Shown here: positions 39,401 to 50,099 of the stretch, piece by piece
How positions within the stretch are numbered: position 1 is the stretch's first letter
Layout: every line of letters starts with the position of its first letter
DNA from: Perkinsela sp. CCAP 1560/9
Lineage: Eukaryota; Protista; Euglenozoa: Kinetoplastea
DNA: 64,000 nt
NCBI GenBank assembly: GCA_965644495.1
Contig: CBFFSA010000013.1
Coordinates: 358,001 to 422,000, forward strand
Reading direction: 5' to 3'
Translations under genes and position numbers: made by a program
The notes under the pieces: model-generated
Told to the model about the DNA's origin: nothing
Databases searched by the model: none
Seen by the model: the letters and a program-made list of their open reading frames with translations, nothing else

Positions 39401-40380
39401 GTTCTCCCATCATCAACTCCGTCACGGGCCAGCTCCTACAGCCCTCGGACCCCGACCTTCCCTCTATTGGCCCCAAGTCGCCCAGACAACATGAACTCAC
39501 CAAAGCTATCGCGGCCCATGAATTTCACCTCGCATACAACGTCGCTGACGCACACAAACGAGTAAGATGGATTTCGCAGTCCGGAGAGGGTGCATCAAAC
39601 TGGCTGTTTGCCTTACCGTCGAAGGAGATGGGGTACGCCTTTACGCCCACGGAGTTTCGTGCACTGGCCCGCTGGTGGTTGGGGGCTGACGTGTACCACG
39701 AATCCCGGCCATGCCCCATGGACAAATGTCCTCAGCCCCTGGGAACAGATGGGAGTCACTCCCTTGTCTGCAAGAGCGGTTACGGGTTAATTTCCCGTCA
39801 CAACGCGCTTGCAGAACATTTCTGCGACGTGTGCAGCAAGGCACACCTCGCCCCACAGCGAGAAAAGAGCCTGGAGAACTACAGCCCGGGTGGCGGCCTT
39901 ACCAGGCCCGCGGACATTTTCCTGCCGAACTTTGGCTTGGCGACCTCTCCGGTGTTAGACTTCTGTGTGACACACGTTCAGCAGACCAATTATACGGACA
40001 TGGTCCGAGGTGCTAACGTGGGAAAAGCAGGATGTTTCGCCGAGAGGTACGCCTCCGAGCACAAAAGTTCGGAGCGTCTGGAGGCGGAGTCCGCGGGGCA
40101 CAAATTCACCGCAATGGCGGTGGAGTCCTTCGGATCCTGGTCCGACAGTGCCATGGGCATCTTGCGCCAGGTGGCTCTGCAGCATCCCAGGGAACCCTCT
40201 CTCGCTTCAAAGCTTCCTTTCGGCTCCTGACCGAAATGAACGTCACGTTGATGAGGGCCCAGGCGGGCATGCTAGTTAATGCTAGTTAATCGCATGCCCG
40301 CAGAAGATTTGTATCCGCCATTACGCACGTAATGGCGAGGAAAGTAGGGAAAGTTCGAAGTTGAAAGTTGTAAAAAAAAA
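36452..40380 (+). mobile_element. Family-A CRE-like element with two 2A-like peptides; 5'-truncated, frameshift near the C-terminus
   Basis: The frame is open from the junction; GGVEWNPGP and GGVEQNPGP precede the zinc fingers, RT (WYLDD) and RLE; short UTR and poly(A). Confidence 0.92.
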
Positions 40381-43080
40381 AAAGGAAACAGGAGTAGCTC
40401 CTGTGATTTTGCCTCTCGCCCCCGTTCGCCGCAGGAAAAAGACAGCGCCTGTTGCCCCAAAGTCTCCTCCAACCATCGCTGTCGTGGGGACGCATCCGAC
40501 CGCTTCGCCCTCAAAGAGGTCTCCACCCCCCGCACCATCGACGCCATCGCCACCTCGGGCACCCTCACCTCCGCCGTCTGCGCCGACGCCTCCGCCATCT
40601 CCGCGATCTTCGTTGCCTCCTACACCGCTCGCATTTCGAGGGCCGACGACCCTTCCTCCGACTGAAGCGCGTTCGCCGTCGCCACCTCCGCCCCTCACAT
40701 TGCGGGAGCCGTCGTCCCCCCAAACGAATACACCGCGATCGGACCCGGTGTTACCACCACCATTGCCGTCTCCGACACCACTACCCTTGCCGCTTTCTAC
40801 TTTTTTCGGCACCACCATGACAAGACTTCCCCCTCTGCGGTCCCTTAAGAAAGCACGCAACAAGGGAGTAGGTCTAACCGAGAAGGCCGACCATGTAATA
40901 GGATCACGTAAGTCTAAAGTAAGTGAAAAATCGTTAAAGGTCAAAATTAAAAGCACTTACAACGGAGAGCCTTCCGCTAAGTGTGAGGCCCTAAAAAATG
41001 CAGGATGCAGCGAGAGCTCTGGCAACCAACGCGTTACGAGAAGTGGCGCTGAAAATTCACAAGGAGTTAAGATTAGTGAGTCGCAATCAGGGATAAGCAA
41101 GGTCAAGCCAAAGAAAACAGCCAGAATCAGAGTAATCACTCACACGGACCCCGCGTTATCTTCGACTTGGGCTGACCACAAAGTCTATGAGAATCTTTCA
41201 GTCGAACGCCGCAATCCCAACATTATCAAATTAAAAGGAATGAAGTATGGTCAGATAGGTCGAGATCCAGCTGATTTTGAGGTTTCCCAGCCAGATGCAT
41301 TGTCCGAGGCAGATTCCGAGTTGATATCTCTGAAAAGTGATGGTGGCATTGATATTGACGACGCGGAATGCATCCAGGATTCTGATATCATGTCATTGGA
41401 CGAAAGAGATGAACAGAGCACGTTCGCCAAAGCTCCTGATCGAGTCTACAAAATTATGTCGGAATGGGGAAAAGGCTCGACGTGCGAGGTTCAGTGGAGT
41501 TTTCGACGCAACGATACAAAGTTCCATTCCATTGGCGAAGTTGTTAAGAGAACGTCACGGCGAGGAAAAGTGAAGATCCAAATCTCGTATAAACCGGAAG
41601 GCGGCCATGAAGGACCATCAGGATTACTTTATCTTCCACAGTCAGAAAAAATTCGAATCTGGTCGCTTCGTGCCTTGAAAGAAAACAAAGTTTCTGTGTC
41701 AACTTATCAGCCCAAAGATGAAGTGGAAGAAACATGTTTTGAAAATGCCCAGAATCTGGACCTGGATCCGCTTCCGCAGTTGGCCCAGATTGATCCATCT
41801 TTCGCTGTCCATGTCGTGGCAATTTTCCGCTCCATCGTACGCGAGTATCCTAAGGCACAAATGGAATCCGAGAAAACAACCATATGGCATAAGCTTCTAA
41901 ATGCACCACGTGACTCACTGGCGACGGTACGTCAAAAGCTCCAGAGAAGCCAAAGCAGCGTAAGAACGCTCAAGCGAAAAGATTTGTTGCCGCAAGAAGA
42001 AACCCTCAGTGAGGAGCAACGTCTGGAGTTGGACGTAGACCGCCGTTCCATCAGAAATGCATTGCAAACTGCAAAAGCTGGGAATTTAGGCAAAGCTACA
42101 CGTATTCTAGACAACGTGTATCGCGATTCCTCAGTACAGCCAGAAGAGAAAGCGTCGAAACTGAAAGAGCTCCACCCGACAGGTCCCCCACCTCAGTTCC
42201 TAGATGACGATTTTCCGCGAACTGCCATTGTTGAGCCGTCCGAACTGCGCCTTGCCACGGAGAAACTGTCGAAGGGAGCTTCACCTGGGCCGACAGGTTT
42301 TAGTGAGAGTATGATGCGACTTTTGATAGACGACGAAGAAACGTGTTTGGCACTTTGTCATATGTTTCGAGACATCATAAATGGTGATGTGACAGAAAGT
42401 ATCCGGGAACGCTTAACCCGATGTCGAATTATAGCTCTTGCTAAATCGAACAATGGCATCCGACCCGTAGCCATGGGGCGCAAAATTCTTAAAATATGCG
42501 GATCAATCCTCTTGGAAAGACATGGGAGCACATTGAAACCTCTTTTTCAACCACTTCAGCGAGGTATCCTACAGCAGAATGCATGTGAATCCATAGTGCA
42601 CGAGCTTATGAAGGAGTATGAAGAAGGTTACACGATGCTAACGGTGGACTTTAAGAACGCTTACAACACTCCACATCGCCCCGCAATAGCAAATGCGCTC
42701 ATTCAGAAACCGATCTTCAAGCACTTTATGAGGCTCTTCTACTTGGAATACGGAAAACCGTCTGAACTTCTCTTCTTCGCCAACAATTCTCTTCACACAG
42801 TCATAGAAAGTTCGTCCGGGGTTCGTCAAGGTTCCGCGCTCTCCTCCCTGTATTTCTGCGTCTTGCTGCAAGGACCGCTATTAAAAGTTGCCAATCTGTA
42901 CCCGGAAGTTCATGTCAGGGCCTATCAAGATGACGTCACCATGAGCTCTAAAAATCCCACTTCGCTTGAAGCAGCCTTTCTACACTTAAGAGAACTCACA
43001 CAGGATATCAACCTTCAGATAAACTTCAACAAATGTGAATGGTTCCAGAAGACAAGTGAGCTAACAGGCAATTCTGCTTT
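40381..43080 (+). mobile_element. Family-B CRE-like element body (Pro-rich N-terminus, RT with AYQDD), truncated at a YR element end
   Basis: ORF 40361..43102 carries SPGPTG, RPVAMG, DFKNAYN, GVRQGSALS and AYQDD. Confidence 0.92.
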
Positions 43081-46003
43081 TAAAGTTTACGATAAGAATT
43101 GATCAAAGGAGATCAAAAGAACAAAACGGCGGTGAAGCGCGACTTAGCATGTGGATTTTGGCAAGTGGTTATTCCTTTAACATGTAGAGAGAAGTTTCGA
43201 TTTAAGGATGCGAAAGGCGATTTGTTTGAAATGAATGCAATGCCTATGGGGCATCGGTGTGCACCCGAAATTATGCATGTACTAACAGCGACGCTGGCAG
43301 GGGATAAGCAATTTTGTACCGCGGATGCCGCGTTTTCTTCAGATAATGCCGAAGTTTATATAGATGGTATCCGTTTTGCGGGGAGCGAAGTGATCGCTGA
43401 ACAATACGTCAGGTTCGTAGACAACCGGGCTAGGGAAGTCAATGCGCGTTTTAAGGATGCCGGAGCCCCTCCATCGCAGACCTACACGTTTAATGGTATC
43501 ACGTATCACCATGGCCTAGGAAAGGTATCGTTAGGTCCAAAATTAACGCGCCGTCTAACGCAGGACGATTTTGCTACAGCAACGGGGTACGTCTCTACTT
43601 CGTTGAATATTCAACGAACCGCCGGCGGTTCTTTACCTTACCTTTCTTTAGACCTTACGCCCCCTGAAAAGTTGAAAAGTTGGGTAGGGGAAAGCAGGAA
43701 AGTAGGGAGAAAGGTGGGAAAAGTATGTCAAGAGGTGAGAAAGAGGAGAAAGAGAGAGAAAAATTTTCTTTATTTGCAAAAAAAAAAAGTAGTTCTAGCA
43801 TATAGTTCATATTATATCTATATCTCTATATAAACCCCGCGTCATGAAAAGTGACCCCCCACTTTTTTTTCGTACAAGTGTCCGTTTGAGCTGATTTTTG
43901 TTGCATTTTGCAGATCTCAACACAAGGACTTTGCGCGTGAAGAAATGAAACAAAAAGAAGCGAATACGTATATTTTATTGAGGAATTACCATTTTTTCAC
44001 TTTTTCGCCTTTCAATCTTATACACTCCTTAAAGCGTGAGTCAAAGCTTAAGACCGTTTTGTCGATCACATTTTGAGACAAGCGAGACCACGCTTTGCGT
44101 ACACATCGGATGAGTGAAGGCTTATCCGATGGGGTCTGTTCGTCCACCGCCCCTTGGACCATAGACCAGACGTTTTCTATTGGGGAAAGATCTGGTGAGT
44201 TGGGGGGACAATTTTTCAGAACTTCACTCATTGCGCTTTCAATGTACTCCTTTGAGGCACGAGCAGTGTGTGCCGTTTCCCCATCTTGCTGAAAAATAGG
44301 GGGGAAATTTTTTTAGGGGGGAAATCTACCTCTTTTAATGTTTCTATGTACGTCTCACTTGTAATAGATGTGTCATTTTGTAGAATTACCAAGTACCTCC
44401 ACCCCACCCCTACAGCACCCCAAACTTGGCATCTTGGTGCCCGACGTACTTTTTGACGCGGGGCTGCTTTTTGACCGCGCCTTACCCACATTTTTCTTCT
44501 GCCATCATTCGTATCAAATGTTTTTTCGTCTGTAAAGATGACACGGGAAGTATCCATATTGTAATTCAACTCAAATTGAACTCTTTTTACTTTTTGTCGT
44601 TCGGTAAGCCCTTGGCATAGCGGTCGAGCGGCATAACTGTAATCCAGGGATGATAAGTCTCTCTGTAGAGTTCTTTTTGAAACTTGTATATTCTTCTCCT
44701 TAAATTGGGCTGCTATGCGCCTTGATGAATTGAGTCTCGGTACTCCAGCGGGGTCAAGAGGGGTTATTATCTTCTCAATTTTCGTTTTACGAGTTTTCAT
44801 TATTTTTTTTCGCTCAGGACTCAAAGTGTATACTGGGGTAGTTTTTTTTTCGTTCAAATATTTTTTAACTATCCTTCTAGAAACGTTGAAATCACGGGCT
44901 AGCTCCTTTATTGGTACTCCTTGTCCGTGCCTCATCTTTAAAAGAACCTTTCCAGTAGAAGTCAGCCCCCCTCTTGGGAGTCGATATGGTGATTTTGGCA
45001 TTTTTGAAAAAAAAGTTGAAAAAATTATTTTTTTTTTACTGAATTTTAAAGCTGAATTTTAAGGCTAAAAACAGCAGGAACGTACATATCTCAAAATTTT
45101 GAACGACAACGTGGTATGATAACCCCCCCACGACCCCCTGTGCTAAAAATAAGGTGGGGTCACTTATTGGTGACGCGGGGTTATAAATATATATATTAAA
45201 AAAAAAAAAGTTTTGTAATGGGAGGTACGTCTGGAGTAGGCACCGGATTTATCTGCCATACAAGCGATTGGGTGATTGGAGTACGTGCGAATGGGTGGTC
45301 CCCGCGTGACCCGTTCGCAAGCTGAGAGGTGAGAAGTTGTGTGATGGGACGGTTACTTTGTTTTCTTTGGTTATAGTCATGACGTCTTGTTTATGAGTTA
45401 ATTATAGTGTTTGAATATGGATTCTTGGTTTCGAACAGTAGTGTGAGCTTTTTATAGAAAGTGTATGCTTGTTAAGTTTTGAGAGTTTATTTTTGTTACC
45501 TTTCTACCATCGGATGATGAGCAATTCTTAAAGTTTACGATAAGAATTGATCAAAGGAGATGGGACGTCATTATTCAGGATGCCCCCTACCGGGGGTTTT
45601 CCCCCCGAAACAAATCTCCCTCCGAATTATTGTCCCCGAAATATAATATGATATAGTGGCGAAAGAAGATATAGTGATGATATATATTTGACATTGAATT
45701 TGAGATTTTGATTCATTTAGCGTCTGTTTGATTTATTCGCGATTAAAGTTTCCCCACCCACCAACCCCCAAACCACTCCCCGCGTGACCCGTTCGCAAGC
45801 TGAGAGGTGAGAAGTTGTGTGATGGGAAGGTTACTTTGTTTTCTTTGGTTATAGTCATGACGTCTTGTTTATGAGTTAATTATAGTGTTTGAATATGGAT
45901 TCTTGGTTTCGAACAGTAGTGTGAGCTTTATAGAAAGTGTATGCTTGTTAAGTTTTGAGAGTTTATTTTTGTTACCTTTCTACCATCGGATGATGAGCAA
46001 TTC
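43081..46003 (+). mobile_element. Internally deleted YR retroelement with split direct repeats A1...B1-A2-B2
   Basis: The A start taaagtttacgataagaattgatcaaaggagat occurs at 43081 and 45529. B1 (45299-45528) matches B2 (45777-46003). The RT fragment 43099-43590 (RDLACGFWQ, PMGH, YIDG) is homologous to ORF 57435. Confidence 0.88.
43833..45182 (-). mobile_element. Tc1/IS630-family transposon with a frameshifted DD35E transposase
   Basis: Imperfect TIR aaccccgcgtca..aagtgacccc / ggggtcactt..tgacgcggggtt in a TA context. HTH, FTDEKTF, QQDGETAH and SPDLSPIENVW are spread over ORFs 44228..45001 and 43986..44290. Confidence 0.92.
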
Positions 46004-47790
46004 CGATAGATTCGGCTCGACATTTCCCTATGGCACCAGACCTCGTTTGGGATCAATCAAAAATGTCGAAGCGCGGTGATGGTTGCCTGGTGGCGTGGTG
46101 TTTTAGCGATTCCACACGATTAAATATCTCGAGGGGTGTGGTGAAATCAGTCAAGAAACGGGCGGGAGCCGGTAGAATAGCCATATCGTATGAAGGCGTG
46201 GAAGGGCACAAATCTGGAACCAAATTTGAGGGGTTTATTCCGCCGAATCCCAACGTGCGAATTCATTCGATACGCTGGCTTGATGAGCGAAGGAGAAACG
46301 CGGGGGAAACGAATTCCACAGAAGACAAAGACAGACATGATCTTGATCACACCGAAGCTAATTTGGACCTCGACCCAATGCCCACCTTACGGTCCGTTAG
46401 TTCCGAGTTTGTACCTTGTGTTGTCGCGATCTATCGGGATATCATGAGGGACTACGCGAGTTCCTCGTACGAGCAACGGAATCAAATTTGGAACAGAACT
46501 CTGTCGGCAATGAAACACTCTTTAGCCACAGTGCGCCACATCATTGGAAAGAAGCGTCGTCGCCGTCTAGTTGAAATTCAGGAGACGACAACTCTGAACA
46601 GTGAAGCGGAGCAAAAGGCGAGTGATTTGCGGGCTATAAAGAAAGCAACGAGACTGCTCTTGGAAGGAGCAACGAAGAAGGGAACGCGAGTATTAGATCA
46701 GGAAACTGCAACTACAACGATGACGGACGAAGGAAAATTGGACCAATTGCGAAAATTGCATCCCTTGTTGCCTATTTCATTCGCGCTTCCGACAGACGCC
46801 CCGAAGATTGCGTGCCTCCCACCGCAAGAGCTACGTGATGCAGGGAAAAGACTAGCAAAGGGATCGGCTCCCGGACCTTCGGGTACAACGGAAGCCATTG
46901 TTCGGTTGTTATTGGATGATGAGATCTGTTGTTCCAGTCTGTGTCATATGATCTGTGATCTTATCAACGGGATGCTGTCCAAAGAAGTCATGCGTAAATT
47001 GAGGAGAGCGCGTCTCGTGGCACTTCCCAAGACATCAAAATCCGTTAGGCCTGTGGCGATGGGGGAGGTCCTGTTGAAGTTGGCGGGGCTGGTCCTAATA
47101 CTTCGACATGAACACAAATTCGCGAAGCTGTTTCTTCCGATGCAACACGGGGTTATGAGGCAAGCGGGCTGTGAAACTATCGTGCACGAGCTCAATCGTC
47201 GGTACATGGAAGGACACGCCATTCTCTCTCTGGACATGAAAAACGCCTTTAACAGCCCTTCACGCGATGACATTGCGAAAGCGATTTTCGCGTTTAGCGC
47301 ACTTCGACCCTTTCAGCGACTTTTTGTTGCTGAATATGGGGAACCATCAGAGCTCCTCTTCTATGGCAAAAACGGGGAATTATTCTCCAAAGTCGAGAGT
47401 TCGGCTGGAGTGCGTCAGGGGTCGCCGTTATCAACGTTGTATTTCTGTACATTTCTTCAACCGATTCTTGAGACGATCGCGCAGGAATTCCCATCGCTTA
47501 ACATATACGCTTATGTCGATGACATCAACATCTCCTCACACGATGTGGATCTCATCGCCTCTGCATACGTCCGTCTCAAGGAGCTCCTGGAAAGTAAATC
47601 GATCCGACTTGCGCCGCAAAAATGTGTTTGGTTTGATGGATTAAACAACGTCAAACTACCCGAGAAACTAGTCAACGAAGGTGTTCAGATAGCCGAAAAA
47701 GCCGTCAAAGTTCTAGGAGCCTATGTAGGGGGATCAACCAGAATCAGCGAATTACTTCTCAACAAGCTTGAAAAACACCGGGCAATCCAA
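46004..47790 (+). mobile_element. Family-C CRE-like element, internal part with RT
   Basis: ORF 46030 carries SAPGPSG, RPVAMGE, DMKNAFN, GVRQGSPLS and AYVDD; both ends are truncated. Confidence 0.9.
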
Positions 47791-48573
47791 ATTCAAATTA
47801 CTTGAATTGTAAAAAACAATGCACAATTCGGAACAATCCGAATTGATATTGTTTAGCAAGTCTTCGCAAATGTCATGAGATGCTGCATGCTCGACGAAAA
47901 TTATGCTGTCTGCATCCTTGTTTTCTGAAGTGTCGGCGGGTCGCACGACGAGTGAACTTTGCTCAACAAATCTCACAGCTTCTCGGACGTCGACGTTGGG
48001 CGCGAGTGGCCGGGGTAATGCATTCACCTCGGGGGTGTCGGATTTTGTTTCTTGATTTTCTGATGTTCCGATTTCCTCTGATAAGACAACCAATCTTTCG
48101 TCGTCTGATTTTTCGAGCGGAAATTGAGGAGGGCTTGGAGGCTCGCGAGGTGGATCGGACGTTGAGTTAGAGTCTGAGAAAGTACTGTTTGCGTTCCGAG
48201 GTGTTGAGATACAATCTAAGAAGCAACGTTCAGAGCTGGGCGTTTGTGGTGTTTCCGGCAAATTTTGCAGTTCACTGTTCGGAAAAAAAGCATGCGCTGG
48301 AGCCGACGTTGTGTCGGGTGTGTCCGAAAAGATGTCAAAAGCATAAACGTCGTGTACGTACCCATTCCCGACCCATTTGTAACCTTCGAATCGTGGATCT
48401 TTCGGGTCTGGCAACATTTCCACTTCCTGTTCTTTTGCTTTCGTTTCTGTCGTCTCGGATGCTTTCGGAGTTTTCGGCATCGCTCCGCGTTCCTTTGTTT
48501 CTCGTGCTCTAACTTTGGATGGTACGACTTCAGATGCATCGTCGTGGTTCATCTTTTGCGAATTCGTCTTCAC
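47752..48573 (-). CDS. Low-complexity ORF of unknown origin, possibly the N-terminus of another mobile element
   Basis: 273-aa S/T/E/P-rich open frame with no motif recognised; its end overlaps the CRE break. Confidence 0.35.
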   Translation of the reverse strand: MKTNSQKMNHDDASEVVPSKVRARETKERGAMPKTPKASETTETKAKEQEVEMLPDPKDPRFEGYKWVGNGYVHDVYAFDIFSDTPDTTSAPAHAFFPNSELQNLPETPQTPSSERCFLDCISTPRNANSTFSDSNSTSDPPREPPSPPQFPLEKSDDERLVVLSEEIGTSENQETKSDTPEVNALPRPLAPNVDVREAVRFVEQSSLVVRPADTSENKDADSIIFVEHAASHDICEDLLNNINSDCSELCIVFYNSSNLNLDCPVFFKLVEK

Positions 48574-48789
48574 TTGTGTATCGCAGGGAATTTCACTCTC
48601 GACTATTCGGCTTTTGGAGACCCGAACACTTATTTGATTTCGGTCGTCGATTTGGTTCGGATCACCGATGGGTGAAGGGCTCCTGACCCTTCCGGTTGAC
48701 GATGTGAGGAGGGCCTTCGCTGCCGCCCCAATGTAAGACGTGGCAGAGTTCTATTACAAATGTATATATTATATTAAAATGTGAAGGGC

Positions 48790-49160
48790 ACTGGTCGAGC
48801 TCCATTGTGGTCGAGCTCCGCTGGTGAGAGAGCCTCGCAAGCTCCACACACCCTAGCGTGAGTCATCCCTGGTGGTGGAACAGAATATAACGACTGATCG
48901 ACTACTTCTTTGCCCTAGGATGCGAATCCATCGGGCATTGAAGTCACGGATGACGAGTCAGGCCACGCAACCTGACAGGTATTGCTTGTCTATCTGCGAG
49001 TGCGGCATCCCTCTGGGAAAGTCTGTGCGCGACTGACAGCGTACCACCCACGGAGTACTGTAATACCCGGTGCCGTTTCACACGAGCACTAAATAACTAG
49101 GGTGTACTCTGAACCCATAGCCAGTCATGGCCAAACGGGTTAAACAACAACAACAACAAC
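48790..49160 (+). mobile_element. 3' remnant of a (CAA)n-tailed retroposon, possibly Ingi/I-like
   Basis: Degenerate ITTDRLLLCP resembles a C-terminal xTxxHLLxxCP knuckle. Two conserved hairpins and a (caa)6 tail follow. Confidence 0.55.
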
Positions 49161-49863
49161 CTTGGCACTTATATCTCGTCTTGGTCTCAGTCACCCGCGG
49201 CTTCCAGGAAACTTACAATGCCCGGGGTGTCGAGTCATTCTTGAGTCTTCGTCAGCCCTCTCGCACATAGCGGGATGTGTTCAGTGCTCTGGAAACAATG
49301 CCACGACGAAACATGATGCGCTGGTGTGTAGAATTTACGATCTGTGCATGAAGGCTGGGGTACCATGCGAGCGGGAGCCACGACAATTTACGACCTACAA
49401 ATGCTCCACTTGCGGGGAGTCGTTCCCGCATTGGCGCAAACGTGAGCACCAACAGATCTGCCGAAATGCTAGTCTTCACCGGTCCGGACCTGATATAGTC
49501 GTATATTGGGCGTCCGGTGAAGTCTTCTACGACCTCACTGTAATCCATGAATTGGCGCCGTCGAATTTGCGGCGAGGGAGTGGGGCCCTAATGAGGGATG
49601 CGATCGCACGGAAACATAATACGTACGTCGCATCGGGGATGATTCCGCAGGAACGTTTTAAATGCATCCCAGTCCTCTCCGGCGGCGCCATGCATCAAGG
49701 GCTCAAGACCCTTCTGCACACGCTAGCGGACTGCTGTGGGCTTGAAAGAGGGAAAACTTTGAACGAATTTTCGTTGCACCTTCAAGAGTTGAACGGATCA
49801 GTGGTATTTTCCCAGCTGAAAAATTATCTAACGCAGGAGACATCTCAGGAACCGGGCCTCTGA
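49161..49863 (+). mobile_element. Family-C zinc finger and RLE 3' fragment
   Basis: CPGC..H..C..C, EPR, SGPD, FYDLTV and K motifs; homologous to ORF 16874. Confidence 0.88.
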
Positions 49864-50099
49864 ACAGGTTTTTAGTTTCGGTCTATTAGAAATCTTTGGT
49901 ATTATTATAAACGTTTTTTTTGTATTAACCTGAACACATAACATAACATAACATTAAGGATATAAAGTATTCAAAAGAATAGAATACAATATATAATATC
50001 ATTTTTGGGATAGTTTCTCTTCGAAAATTGAGAGAAGGGGGGAAGGTGAACATTTCTCATTTCTCATTATCCTACGTGACTTCCTGCTGTGAGAGCTTA

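Noticed and set aside
48948-48985. Hammerhead-like UGACGAG followed by a stem
   Set aside because: It lacks the leading C and the GAAA after stem II.
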